64,000 nucleotides of DNA from positions 48,732,001 through 48,796,000 of the forward strand of contig OZ024740.1 in the NCBI GenBank assembly GCA_964016885.1. The letters run 5' to 3'. Under the pieces are notes generated by a model. It saw nothing but the letters and a program-made list of their open reading frames with translations, was not told the DNA's origin and made no database searches. The position numbers were made by a program, and so were the translations under genes. This document shows, piece after piece, positions 15,001 to 30,000 of this stretch. Origin of the DNA: Eledone cirrhosa (lineage: Eukaryota). The first letter of the stretch is position 1. Each line of letters opens with the position of its first letter.

Positions 15001-18000
15001 CAGAAGAAGCAGACCTATGATCAAAAGCTGAAGACTTGCTGCTGTTTAACCTCAATATTGTCTAGAACAAGCAGACCTATGATCAAAATCTAAAGACTTG
15101 CTACTGTTTAACCTCAGTATTGTCCAGAAGAAGCAGACCTATGATCAAAAGCTGAAGACTTGCTGCTGTTTAACCTCAATATTGTCCAGAACAAGCAGAC
15201 CTATGATCAAAAGCTGAAGACTTGCTTCTGTTTAACTCAGTATTGTCCATAAGAAGCAGACCTATGATCAAAAGCTGAAGACTTGCTTCTGTTTAACCTC
15301 AGTATTGTCCAGAAGAAGCAAACCTCTGATCAAAAGCTGAAGACTTGCTGCTGTTTAACCTCAGTATTGTCCAGAAGAAGCAAACCTCGGATCAAAAGCT
15401 GAAGACATGCTGCTGTTTAACCTCAGTATTGTCCAGAAGAAGCAGACCTATGATCAAAAGCTGAAGATTTGATGCTGTTTAACCTCAGTATTGTCTTGAA
15501 CAAGCAGACCTATGATCAAAAGCTGAAGACTTACTGCTGTTTAGTCTCAGTATTGTCCAAAAGAAGCAGACCTATGATCAAAAGCTGAAGACTTGCTGCT
15601 GTTTAACCTCAGTATTGTCCAGAAGAAGCAAACCTCTGATCAAAAGCTGAAGACTTGCTGCTGTTTAACCTCAGTATTGTCCAGAAGAAGCAGACCTATG
15701 ATCAAAAGCTGAAGATTTGCTGCTGTTTAACCTCAGTATTGTCTTGAACAAGCACACCTATGATCAAAAGCTGAAGACTTGCTGCTGTTTAACCTCAGTA
15801 TTGTCTAGAAGAAGCAGGCCTATGATCAGAATCTGAAGATTTGCTGTTGTTTAAACTCATTATTGTCTAGAAGAAGCAGACCTATGACCAAAACCTGAAA
15901 AATTGCTGATGTTTAACCTCAGTATTGTTTAGAAGAAGCTGACCTACTATCAAAAGTTGAAGACTTGCTGCTGTTTAACCTCAGTATTGTCCAGAAGAAG
16001 CAGACCTATGATCAAAAGCTGAAGACTTGCTGCTGTTTAACCTCAATATTGTCCAGAACAAGCAGACCTATGATCAAAAGCTGAAGACTTGCTGCTGTTT
16101 AACCTCAGTATTGTCCATAAGAAGCAGACCTATGATCAAAAGCTGAAGACTTGCTGCTGTTTAACCTCAGTATTGTCCGGAAGAAGCAGACCTGTGATCA
16201 AAAGCTGAAGACTCTCTGCTGTTTAACCTCAGTATTGTCTAGACCAAGCACACCTATGATCAAAAGCTGAAGTCTTGCTGCTGTTTAACCTCAGTATTGT
16301 GCAGAAGAAGCAAATCTATGATCAAAAGCTGAAGAATTGCTGCTGTTTAACCTCAGTATTGTCTAGAAGAAGCAGGCCTATGATCAGAATCTGAAGATTT
16401 GCTGCTGTTTAAACTCAGTATTGTCTAGAAGAAGCAGACCTATGACCAAAACCTGAAAAATTGCTGATGTTTAACCTCAGTATTGTTTAGAAGAAGCTGA
16501 CCTACTATCAAAAGTTGAAGACTTGCTGCTGTTTAACCTCAGTATTGTCCAGAAGAAGCAAACCTATGATCAAAAGCTGAAGATTTGCTGCTGTTTAACC
16601 TCAGTATTGTCTAGAAGAAGCAGACCTATGATCAAAAGCTGAAGACTTGCTGCTGTTTAACCTCAGTATTGTCTAGACCAAGCACACCTATGATCAAAAG
16701 CTGAAGTCTTGCTGCTGTTTAACCTCAGTATTGTGCAGAAGAAGCAAACCTATGATCAAAAGCTGAAGACTTGCTGCTGTTTATCTCAGTATTGTCCATA
16801 AGAAGCAGACCTATGATCAAAAGCTGAAGACTTGTTGCTGTTTAACCACAATATTGTCCATAAGAAGCAGACCTATGATCAAAAGCTGAAGACTTGCTGC
16901 TGTTTAACATCAGTATTGTCTAGAATATGCCGACCTATGATCAAAAGCTGAAGACTTGCTGCTGTTTAACCTCAATATTGTCCAGAACAAGCAGACCTAT
17001 GATCAAAAGCTGAAGACTTGCTGCTGTTTATCTCAGTATTGTCCATAAGAAGCAGACCTATGATCAAAAGCTGAAGACTTGCTGCTGTTTAACCTTAGTA
17101 TTGTCCATAAGAAGCAGACCTATGATCAAAAGCTGAAGACTTGCTGCTGTTTAACCTCAGTATTGTCTAGAACAAGCAGACCTATGATCAAAAGCTGAAG
17201 ACTTGCTGCTGTTTAACCTCTATATTGTCCAGAACAAGCAGACCTATGATCAAAAGCTGAAGACTTGCTGCTGTTTAACATTAGTGTTGTCTAGAAGAAG
17301 CAGACCTATGATCAAAAGCTGAAGACTTGATGCTGTTTGAGTTCAGTATTGTCTAGAACAAGCAGACCTATGATCAAAAGCTGAAGACTTATTACTGTTT
17401 AACCTTAGTATTGTCCAGAAGAAGCAAACCTCTGATCAAAAGCTGAAGACTTGCTGCTGTTTAACCTCAGTATTGTCCAGAAGAAGCAGACCTATGATCA
17501 AAAGCTGAAGATTTGCTGCTGTTTAACCTCAGTATTGTCTTGAACAAGCACACCTATGATCAAAAGCTGAAGACTTGCTGCTGTTTAACCTCAGTATTGT
17601 CTAGAAGAAGCAGGCCTATGATCAAAAGCTGAAGACTTATTGCTGTTTAACCTCAGTATTGTCTAGAATAAGCAGACCTATGATCAAAAGCTGAAGACTT
17701 GCTGCTGTTTAACATTAGTGTTGTCTAGAAGAAGCAGACCTATGATCAAAAGCTGAAGACTTGATGCTGTTTGACTTCAGTATTGTCTAGAACAAGCAGA
17801 CCTATGATCAAAAGCTGAAGACTTATTGCTGTTTAACCTTAGTATTGTCCAGAAGAAGCAAACCTCTGATCAAAAGCTGAAGACTTGCTGCTGTTTAACC
17901 TCAGTATTGTCCATAAGAAGCAGACCTATGATCAAAAGCTGAAGACTTGCTGCTGTTTAACATCAGTATTGTCCGGAAGAAGCAGACCTGTGATCAAAAG

Positions 18001-21000
18001 CTGAAGACTCTCTGCTGTTTAACCTCAGTATTGTCTAGACCAAGCACACCTATGATCAAAAGCTGAAGTTTGGCTGCTGTTTAACCTCAGTATTGTGCAG
18101 AAGAAGCAAATCTATGATCAAAAGCTGAAGACTTGCTGCTGTTTAACATCAGTATTGTCCAGAACAAGCAGACCTATGATCAAAAGCCGAAGATTTGCTG
18201 CTGTTTAACCTTAGTATTGTCTAGAACAAGCACACCTATATTCAAAAGCTGAAGACTTGCTGCTGTTTAACCTCATTATTGTCTAGAAGAAGCAGACCTA
18301 TATTCAAAAGCTGAAGACTTGCTGCTGTTTAATCTCAGTATAGTCTAGAACAAGCAGACCTATGATCAAAATCTAAAGACTTGCTACTGTTTAACCTCAG
18401 TATTGTCCAGAAGAAGCAGACCTATGATCAAAAGCTGAAGACTTGCTGCTGTTTAACCTCAATATTGTCCAGAACAATCAGACCTATGATCAAAAGCTGA
18501 AGACTTGCTGCTGTTTAACTCAGTATTGTCCATAAGAAGCAGACCTATGATCAAAAGCTGAAGACTTGCTGCTGTTTAACCTCAGTATTGTCTAGAATAT
18601 GCAGACCTATGATCAAAAGCTGAAGACTTGCTGCTGTTTAACCTCTATATTGTCCAGAACAAGCAGACCTATGATCAAAAGCTGAAGACTTGCTGCTGTT
18701 TAACCTCAGTATTGTCTAGAACAAGAAGACCTATGATCAAAAGCTGAAGACTTATTGATGTTTAACCTCAGTATTGTCCAGAAGAAGCAAACCTCTGATC
18801 AAAAGCTGAAGACTTGCTGCTGTTTAACCTCAGTATTGTCCAGAAGAAGCAAACCTCGGATCAAAAGCTGAAGACTTGCTGCTGTTTAACCTCAGTATTG
18901 TCCAGAAGAAGCAGACCTATGATCAAAAGCTGAAGATTTGATGCTGTTTAACCTCAGTATTGTCTTGAACAAGCAGACCTATGATCAAAATCTGAAGACT
19001 CACTGCTGTTTAGTCTCAGTATTGTCCAAAAGAAGCAGACCTATGATCAAAAGCTGAAGACTTGCTGCTGTTTAACCTCAGTATTGTGCAGAAGAAGCAA
19101 ACCTCGGATCAAAAGCTGAAGATTTGCTGCTGTTTAACCTCAGTATTGTCTAGAAGAAGCAGACCTATGATCAAAAGCTGAAGACTTGCTGCTGTTTAAC
19201 CTCAGTATTGTCTAGACCAAGCACACCTATGATCAAAAGCTGAAGTCTTGCTGCTGTTTAACCTCAGTATTGTGCAGAAGAAGCAAACCTATGATCAAAA
19301 GCTGAAGACTTGCTGCTGTTTAACCTCAGTATTGTCCAGAAGAAGCAGACCTATGATCAAAAGCTGAAGACTTGCTGCTGTTTAACCTCAGTATTGTCTA
19401 GAAGAAGCAGACCTATATTCAAAAGCTGAAGACTTGCTGCTGTTTAACCTCAGTATTGTCTAGAATATGCAGACCTATGATCAAAAGCTTAAGACTTGCT
19501 GCTGTTTAACCTCAATATTGTCCAGAACAAGCAGACCTATGATCAAAAGCTGAAGACTTGCTGCTGTTTATCTCAGTATTGTCCATAAGAAGCAGACCTA
19601 TGATCAAAAGCTGAAGACTTGTTGCTGTTTAACCACAGTATTGTCCATAAGAAGCAGACCTATGATCAAAAGCTGAAGACTTGCTGCTGTTTAACCTCAG
19701 TATTTTCTAGAATATGCAGACCTATGATCAAAAGCTGAAGACTTGCTGCTGTTTAACCTCAATATTGTCCAGAACAAGCAGACCTATGATCAAAAGCTGA
19801 AGACTTGCTGCTGTTTATCTCAGTATTGTCCATAAGAAGCAGACCTACGATCAAAAGCTGAAGACTTGCTGCTGTTTAACCTTAGTATTGTCCATAAGAA
19901 GCAGACCTATGATGAAAAGCTGAAGACTTGCTGCTGTTTAACCTCAGTATTGTCTAGAACAAGCAGACCTATGATCAAAAGCTGAAGACTTGCTGCTGTT
20001 TAACCTCTATATTGTCCAGAACAAGCAGACCTATGATCAAAAGCTGAAGACTTGCTGCTGTTTAACATTAGTGTTGTCTAGAAGAAGCAGACCTATGATC
20101 AAAAGCTGAAGACTTGATGCTGTTTGACTTCAGTATTGTCTAGAACAAGCAGACCTATGATCAAAAGCTGAAGACTTATTGCTGTTTAACCTTAGTATTG
20201 TCCAGAAGAAGCAAACCTCTGATCAAAAGCTGAAGACTTGCTGCTGTTTAACCTCAGTATTGTCCAGAAGAAGCAGACCTATGATCAAAAGCTGAAGACT
20301 TGCTGCTGTTTAACCTCAATATTGTCCAGAACAAGCAGACCTATGATCAAAAGCTGAAGACTTGCTGCTGTTTAACTCAGTATTGTCCATAAGAAGCAGA
20401 CCTATGATCAAAAGCTGAAGACTTGCTGCTGTTTAACCTCAGTATTGTCCAGAAGAAGCAGACCTATGATCAAAAGCTGAAGACTTGATGCTGTTTAACC
20501 TTAGTATTGTCCAGAACAAGCAGACCTATGATCAAAAGCTGAAGACTTGCTGCTGTTTAGTCTCAGTATTGTCCAAAAGAAGCAGACCTATGATCAAAAG
20601 CTGAAGACTTGCTGCTGTTTAACCTCAGTATTGACTAGAAGAAGCAAACCTCTGATCAAAAGCTGAAGACTTGCTGCTGTTTAACCTCAGTATTGTCTAG
20701 AACAAGCAGACCTGTGATCAAAAGCTGAAGACTCTCTGCTGTTTAACCTCAGTATTGTCTAGACCAAGCACACCTATGATCAAAAGCTGAAGTCTTGCTG
20801 CTGTTTAACCTCAGTATTGTGCAGAAGAAGCAAATCTATGATCAAAAGCTGAAGACTTGCTGCTGTTTAACATCAGTATTGTCCAGAACAAGCAGACCTA
20901 TGATCAAAAGCTGAAGATTTGCTGCTGTTTAACCTTAGTATTGTCTAGAACAAGCACACCTATATTCAAAAGCTGAAGACTTGCTGCTGTTTAACCTCAG

Positions 21001-24000
21001 TATTGTCTAGAAGAAGCAGACCTATATTCAAAAGCTGAAGACTTGCTGCTGTTTAATCTCAGTATTTTCTAGAACAAGCAGACCTATGATCAAAATCTAA
21101 AGACTTGCTACTGTTTAACCTCAGTATTGTCCAGAAGAAGCAGACCTATGATCAAAAGCTGAAGACTTGCTGCTGTTTAACCTCAGTATTGTCCAGAACA
21201 AGCAGACCTATGATCAAAAGCTGAAGACTTGCTGCTGTTTAACTCAGTATTGTCCATAAGAAGCAGACCTATGATCAAAAGCTGAAGACTTGCTGCTGTT
21301 TAACCGCAGTATTGTCTAGAATATGCAGACCTATGATCAAAAGCTGAAGACTTGCTGCTGTTCAACCTCTATATTGTCCAGAACAAGCAGACCTATGATC
21401 AAAAGCTGAAGACTTGCTGCTGTTTAACCTCAGTATTGTCCAGAAGAAGCAGACCTATGACCAAAAGCTGAAGATTTACTGCTGTTTAACCTCAGTATTG
21501 TCTAGAAGAAGCAGACCTATGATCAAAAGCTGAAGACTTGCTGCTGTTTAACCTCAGTATTGTCTAGACCAAGCACACCTATGATCAAAAGCTGAAGTCT
21601 TGCTGCTGTTTAACCTCAGTATTGTGCAGAAGAAGCAAACCTATGATCAAAAGTTGAAGACTTGCTGCTGTTTAACCTCAGTATTGTCCAGAAGAAGCAG
21701 ACCTATGATCAAAAGCTGAAGACTTGCTGCTGTTTAACCTCAGTATTGTCTAGAAGAAGCAGACCTATATTCAAAAGCTGAAGACTTGCTGCTGTTTAAC
21801 CTCAGTATTGTCTAGAATATGCAGACCTATGATCAAAAGCTTAAGACTTGCTGCTGTTTATCTCAGTATTGTCCATAAGAAGCAGACCTATGATCAAAAG
21901 CTGAAGACTTGTTGCTGTTTAACCACAGTATTGTCCATAAGAAGCAGACCTATGATCAAAAGCTGAAGTCTTGCTGCTGTTTAACCTCAGTATTGTCTAG
22001 AATATGCAGACCTATGATCAAAAGCTGAAGACTTGCTGCTGTTTAACCTCAATATTGTCCAGAACAAGCAGACCTATGATCAAAAGCTGAAGACTTGCTG
22101 CTGTTTATCTCAGTATTGTCCATAAGAAGCAGACCTATGATCAAAAGCTGAAGACTTGCTGCTGTTTAACCTTAGTATTGTCCATAAGAAGCAGACCTAT
22201 GATGAAAAGCTGAAGACTTGCTGCTGTTTAACCTCAGTATTGTCTAGAACAAGCAGACCTATGATCAAAAGCTGAAGACTTGCTGCTGTTTAACCTCTAT
22301 ATTGTCCAGAACAAGCAGACCTATGATCAAAAGCTGAAGACTTGCTGCTGTTTAACATTAGTGTTGTCTAGAAGAAGCAGACCTATGATCAAAAGCTGAA
22401 GACTTGATGCTGTTTGACTTCAGTATTGTCTAGAACAAGCAGACCTATGATCAAAAGCTGAAGACTTATTGCTGTTTAACCTTAGTATTGTCCAGAAGAA
22501 GCAAACCTCTGATCAAAAGCTGAAGACTTGCTGCTGTTTAACCTCAGTATTGTCCAGAAGAAGCAGACCTATGATCAAAAGCTAAAGACTTGCTGCTGTT
22601 TAACCTCAGTATTGTCCATAAGAAGCAGACCTATGATCAAAAGCTGAAGACTTGCTGCTGTTTAACCTCAGTATTGTCCAGAAGAAGCAGACCTATGATC
22701 AAAAGCTGAAGACTTGATGCTGTTTAACCTTAGTATTGTCCAGAACAAGCAGACCTATGATCAAAAGCTGAAGACTTGCTGCTGTTTAGTCTCAGTATTG
22801 TCCAAAAGAAGCAGACCTATGATCAAAAGCTGAAGACTTGCTGCTGTTTAACCTCAGTATTGTCTAGAAGAAGCAAACCTCTGATCAAAAGCTGAAGACT
22901 TGCTGCTGTTTAACCTCAGTATTGTCTAGAACAAGCAGACCTGTGATCAAAAGCTGAAGACTCTCTGCTGTTTAACCTCAGTATTGTCTAGACCAAGCAC
23001 ACCTATGATCAAAAGCTGAAGTCTTGCTGCTGTTTAACCTCAGTATTGTGCAGAAGAAGCAAATCTATGATCAAAAGCTGAAGACTTGCTGCTGTTTAAC
23101 ATCAGTATTGTCCAGAACAAGCAGACCTATGATCAAAAGCTGAAGATTTGCTGCTGTTTAACCTTAGTATTGTCTATAACAAGCACACCTATATTCAAAA
23201 GCTGAAGACTTGCTGCTGTTTAACCTCAGTATTGTCCGGAAGAAGCAGACCTGTGATCAAAAGCTGAAGACTTGCTGCTGTTTAACCTCATTATTGTCTA
23301 GAAGAAGCAGACCTATATTCAAAAGCTGAAGACTTGCTGCTGTTTAATCTCAGTATTGTCTAGAACAAGCAGACCTATGATCAAAATCTAAAGAATTGCT
23401 ACTGTTTAACCTCAGTATTGTCCAGAAGAAGCAGACCTATGATCAAAAGCTGAAGACTTGCTGCTGTTTAACTCAGTATTGTCCATAAGAAGCAGACCTA
23501 TGATCAAAAGCTGAAGACTTGCTGCTGTTTAACCTCAGTATTGTCTAGAATATGCAGACCTATGATCAAAAGCTGAAGACTTGCTGCTGTTTAACCTCTA
23601 TATTGTCCAGAACAAGCAGACCTATGATCAAAAGCTGAAGACTTGCTGCTGTTTAACCTCAGTATTGTCCAGAAGAAGCAGACCTATGACCAAAAGCTGA
23701 AGATTTGCTGCTGTTTAACCTCAGTATTGTCTAGACCAAGCACACCTATGATCAAAAGCTGAAGTCTTGCTGCTGTTTAACCTCAGTATTGTGCAGAAGA
23801 AGCAAACCTATGATCAAAAGCTGAAGACTTGCTGCTGTTTAACCTCAGTATTGTCCAGAAGAAGCAGACCTATGATCAAAAGCTGAAGACTTGCTGCTGT
23901 TTAACCTCAGTATTGTCTAGAAGAAGCAGACCTATATTCAAAAGCTGAAGACTTGCTGCTGTTTAACCTCAGTATTGTCTAGAATATGCAGACCTATGAT

Positions 24001-27000
24001 CAAAAGCTTAAGACTTGCTGCTGTTTAACCTCAATATTGTCCAGAACAAGCAGATCTATGATCAAAAGCTGAAGACTTGCTGCTGTTTATCTCAGTATTG
24101 TCCATAAGAAGCAGACCTATGATCAAAAGCTGAAGACTTGTTGCTGTTTAACCACAGTATTGTCCATAAGAAGCAGACCTATGATCAAAAGCTGAAGACT
24201 TGCTGCTGTTTAACCTCAGTATTGTCTAGAATATGCAGACCTATGATCAAAAGCTGAAGGCTTGCTGCTGTTTAACCTCAATATTGTCCAGAACAAGCAG
24301 ACCTATGATCAAAAGCTGAAGACTTGCTGCTGTTTAACCTTAGTATTGTCCATAAGAAGCAGACCTATGATGAAAAGCTGAAGACTTGCTGCTGTTTAAC
24401 CTCAGTATTGTCTAGAACAAGCAGACCTATGATCAAAAGCTGAAGACTTGCTGCTGTTTAACCTCTATATTGTCCAGAACAAGCAGACCTATGATCAAAA
24501 GCTGAAGACTTGCTGCTGTTTAACATTAGTGTTGTCTAGAAGAAGCAGACCTATGATCAAAAGCTAAAGACTTGATGCTGTTTGACTTCAGTATTGTCTA
24601 GAACAAGCAGACCTATGATCAAAAGCTGAAGACTTATTGCTGTTTAACCTTAGTATTGTCCAGAAGAAGCAAACCTCTGATCAAAAGCTGAAGACTTGCT
24701 GCTGTTTAACCTCAGTATTGTCCAGAAGAAGCAGACCTATGATCAAAAGCTGAAGACTTGCTGCTGTTTAACCTCAATATTGTCCAGAACAAGCAGACCT
24801 ATGATCAAAAGCTGAAGACTTGCTGCTGTTTAACTCAGTATTGTCCATAAGAAGCAGACCTATGATCAAAAGCTGAAGACTTGCTGCTGTTTAACCTCAG
24901 TATTGTCCATAAGAAGCAGACCTATGATCAAAAGCTGAAGACTTGCTGCTGTTTAACCTCAGTATTGTCCAGAAGAAGCAGACCTATGATCAAAAGCTGA
25001 AGACTTGATGCTGTTTAACCTTAGTATTGTCCAGAACAAGCAGACCTATGATCAAAAGCTGAAGACTTGCTGCTGTTTAACCTCAGTATTGTCCAGAAGA
25101 AGCAGACCTATGATCAAAAGCTGAAGACTTGCTGCTGTTTAACCTCAGTATTGTCTAGAAGAAGCAAACCTCTGATCAAAAGCTGAAGACTTGCTGCTGT
25201 TTAACCTCAGTATTGTCTAGAACAAGCAGACCTATGATCAAAAGCTGAAGACTCTCTGCTGTTTAACCTCAGTATTGTCTAGACCAAGCACACCTATGAT
25301 CAAAAGCTGAAGTCTTGCTGCTGTTTAACCTCAGTATTGTGCAGAAGAAGCAAATCTATGATCAAAAGCTGAAGACTTGCTGCTGTTTAACATCAGTATT
25401 GTCCAGAACAAGCAGACCTATGATCAAAAGCTGAAGATTTGCTGCTGTTTAAACTTAGTATTGTCTAGAACAAGCACACCTATATTCAAAAGCTGAAGAC
25501 TTGCTGCTGTTTAACCTCAGTATTGTCCGGAAGAAGCAGACCTGTGATCAAAAGCTGAAGACTTGCTGCTGTTTAACCTCATTATTGTCTAGAAGAAGCA
25601 GACCTATATTCAAAAGCTGAAGACTTGCTGCTGTTTAATCTCAGTATTGTCTAGAACAAGCAGACCTATGATCAAAATCTAAAGACTTGCTACTGTTTAA
25701 CCTCAGTATTGTCCAGAAGAAGCAGACCTATGATCAAAAGCTGAAGACTTGCTGCTGTTTAACCTCAATATTGTCCAGAACAAGCAGACCTATGATCAAA
25801 AGCTGAAGACTTGCTGCTGTTTAACTCAGTATTGTCCATAAGAAGCAGACCTATGATCAAAAGCTGAAGACTTGCTGCTGTTTAACCTCAGTATTGTCTA
25901 GAATATGCAGACCTATGATCAAAAGCTGAAGACTTGCTGCTGTTTAACCTCTATATTGTCCAGAACAAGCAGACCTATGATCAAAAGCTGAAGACTTGCT
26001 GCTGTTTAACCTCAGTATTGTCTAGAACAAGCAGACCTATGATCAAAAGCTGAAGACTTATTGCTGTTTAACCTCAGTATTGTCCAGAAGAAGCAAACAT
26101 CTGATCAAAAGCTGAAGACTTGCTGCTGTTTAACCTCAGTATTGTCCAGAAGAAGCAAACCTCGGATCAAAAGCTGAAGACTTGCTGCTGTTTAACCTCA
26201 GTATTGTCCAGAAGAAGCAGACCTATGATCAAAAGCTGAAGATTTGATGCTGTTTAACCTCAGTATTGTCTTGAACAAGCAGACCTATGATCAAAAGCTG
26301 AAGACTTACTGCTGTTTAGTCTCAGTATTGTCCAAAAGAAGCAGACCTATGATCAAAAGCTGAAGACTTGCTGCTGTTTAACCTCAGTATTGTCCAGAAG
26401 AAGCAAACCTCTGATCAAAAGCTGAAGACTTGCTGCTGTTTAACCTCAGTATTGTCCAGAAGAAGCAGACCTATGATCAAAAGCTGAAGATTTGCTGCTG
26501 TTTAACCTCAGTATTGTCTAGAAGAAGCAGACCTATGATCAAAAGCTGAAGACTTGCTGCTGTTTAACCTCAGTATTGTCTAGACCAAGCACACCTATGA
26601 TCAAAAGCTGAAGTCTTGCTGCTGTTTAACCTCAGTATTGTGCAGAAGAAGCAAACCTATGATCAAAAGCTGAAGACTTGCTGCTGTTTAACCTCAGTAT
26701 TATCCAGAAGAAGCAGACCTATGATCAAAAGCTGAAGACTTGCTGCTGTTTAACCTCAGTATTGTCTAGAAGAAGCAGACCTATATTCAAAAGCTGAAGA
26801 CTTGCTGCTGTTTAACCTCAGTATTGTCTAGAATATGCAGACCTATGATCAAAAGCTTAAGACTTGCTGCTGTTTATCTCAATATTGTCCAGAACAAGCA
26901 GACCTATGATCAAAAGCTGAAGACTTGCTGCTGTTTATCTCAGTATTGTCCATAAGAAGCAGACCTATGATCAAAAGCTGAAGACTTGCTGCTGTTTAAC

Positions 27001-30000
27001 CTTAGTATTGTCCATAAGAAGCAGACCTATGATCAAAAGCTGAAGACTTGCTGCTGTTTAACCTCAGTATTGTCTAGAACAAGCAGACCTATGATCAAAA
27101 GCTGAAGACTTGCTGCTGTTTAACCTCTATATTGTCCAGAACAAGCAGACCTATGATCAAAAGCTGAAGACTTGCTGCTGTTTAACATTAGTGTTGTCTA
27201 GAAGAAGCAGACCTATGATCAAAAGCTGAAGACTTGATGCTGTTTGACTTCAGTATTGTCTAGAACAAGCAGACCTATGATCAAAAGCTGAAGACTTATT
27301 GCTGTTTAACCTTAGTATTGTCCAGAAGAAGCAAACCTCTGATCAAAAGCTGAAGACTTGCTGCTGTTTAACCTCAGTATTGTCCAGAAGAAGCAGACCT
27401 ATGATCAAAAGCTGAAGACTTGCTGCTGTTTAACCTCAATATTGTCCAGAACAAGCAGACCTATGATCAAAAGCTGAAGACTTGCTGCTGTTTAACTCAG
27501 TATTGTCCATAAGAAGCAGACCTATGATCAAAAGCTGAAGATTTGCTGCTGTTTAACCTCAGTATTGTCCATAAGAAGCAGACCTATGATCAAAAGCTGA
27601 AGACTTGATGCTCTTTAACCTTAGTATTGTCCAGAACAAGCAGACCTATGATCAAAAGCTGAAGACTTGCTGCTGTTTAGTCTCAGTATTGTCCAAAAGA
27701 AGCAGACCTATGATCAAAAGCTGAAGACTTGCTGCTGTTTAACCTCAGTATTGTCTAGAAGAAGCAAACCTCTGATCAAAAGCTGAAGACTTGCTGCTGT
27801 TTAACCTCAGTATTGTCCAGAAGAAGCAGACCTATGATCAAAAGCTGAAGATTTGCTGCTGTTTAACCTCAGTATTGTCTTGAACAAGCACACCTATGAT
27901 CAAAAGCTGAAGACTTGCTGCTGTTTAACCTCAGTATTGTCTAGAAGAAGCAGGCCTATGATCAAAAGCTGAAGACTTATTGCTGTTTAACCTCAGTATT
28001 GTCTAGAATAAGCAGACCTATGATCAAAAGCTGAAGACTTGCTGCTGTTTAACATTAGTGTTGTCTAGAAGAAGCAGACCTATGATCAAAAGCTGAAGAC
28101 TTGATGCTGTTTGACTTCAGTATTGTCTAGAACAAGCAGACCTATGATCAAAAGCTGAAGACTTATTGCTGTTTAACCTTAGTATTGTCCAGAAGAAGCG
28201 AACCTCTGATCAAAAGCTGAAGACTTGCTGCTGTTTAACCTCAGTATTGTCCATAAGAAGCAGACCTATGATCAAAAGCTAAAGATTCGCTGCTGTTTAA
28301 CCTCAGTATTGTCTAGAAGAAGCAGACCTATGATCAAAAGCTGAAGACTTGCTGCTGTTTTAACCTCAGTATTGTCCAGAAGAAGCAGACCTATGATCAA
28401 AAGCTGAAAACTTGCTGCTGTTTAACCTCAGTATTGTCTTGAACAAGCAGACCTATGATCAAAAGCTGAAGACTTGCTGCTGTTTAACCTCATTATTGTC
28501 CAAAACAAGCAGACCTATGATCAAAAGTTGAAGACTTGCTGCTGTTTAACATCAGTATTTTATTCAGAAGAAGCAGACCTATGATCAAAAGCTGAAAAAT
28601 TGCTGCTGTCTAATCTCAGTATTGTCCAGAAGAAGCAGACCTATGATCAAAAGCTGAAGATTTGCTGCTGTTTAACCTCAGTATTGTCTAGAAGAAGCAG
28701 ACCTATGATCAAAAGCTGAAGACTTGCTGCTGTTTAACCTCAGTATTGTCCAGAAGAAGCAGACCTATGATCAAAAGCTGAAGACTTGCTGCTGTTTAAC
28801 CTCAGTATTGTCTAGACCAAGCACACCTATGATCAAAAGCTGAAGTCTTGCTGCTGTTTAACCTCAGTATTGTGCAGAAGAAGCAAATCTATGATCAAAA
28901 GCTGAAGACTTGCTGCTGTTTAACCTCAGTATTGTCCAGAACAAGCAGACCTATGATCAAAAGCTGAAGATTTGCTGCTGTTTAACCTTCGTATTGTCTA
29001 GAACAAGCACACCTATATTCAAAAGCTGAAGACTTTCTGCTGTTTAACCTCAGTATTGTCCGGAAGAAGCAGACCTGTGATCAAAAGCTGAAGACTTGCT
29101 GCTGTTTAACCTCATTATTGTCTAGAAGAAGCAGACCTATATTCAAAAGCTGAAGACTTGCTGCTGTTTAATCTCAGTATTGTCTAGAACAAGCAGACCT
29201 ATGATCAAAATCTAAAGACTTGCTACTGTTTAACCTCAGTATTGTCCAGAAGAAGCAGACCTATGATCAAAAGCTGAAGACTTGCTGCTGTTTAACCTCA
29301 ATATTGTCCAGAACAAGCAGACCTATGATCAAAAGCTGAAGACTTGCTGCTATTTAACTCAGTATTGTCCATAAGAAGCAGACCTATGATCAAAAGCTGA
29401 AGACTTGCTGCTGTTTAACCTCAGTATTGTCCATAAGAAGCAGACCTATGATCAAAAGCTGAAGACTTGCTGCTGTTTAACCTCAGTATTGTCCAGAAGA
29501 AGCAGACCTATGATCAAAAGCTGAAGACTTGATGCTGTTTAACCTTAGTATTGTCCAGAACAAGCAGACCTATGATCAAAAGCTGAAGACTTGCTGCTGT
29601 TTAACCTCAGTATTGTCTAGAACAAGCAGACCTATGATCAAAAGCTGAAGACTTGCTGCTGTTTAACCTCTATATTGTCCAGAACAAGCAGACCTATGAT
29701 CAAAAGCTGAAGACTTGCTGCTGTTTAACATTAGTGTTGTCTAGAAGAAGCAGACCTATGATCAAAAGCTGAAGACTTGCTGCTGTTTAACCTCAGTACT
29801 GTCCAGAAGAAGCAAACCTCTGATCAAAAGCTGAAGACTTACTGCTGTTTAACCTCAGTATTGTCCAGAAGAAGCAGACCTATGTTCAAAAGCTAAAGAT
29901 TCGCTGCTGTTTAACCTCAGTATTGTCTTGAACAAGCAGACCTATGATCAAAAGTTGAAGACTTGCTGCTGTTTAACATCAGTATTGTCCAGAAGAAGCA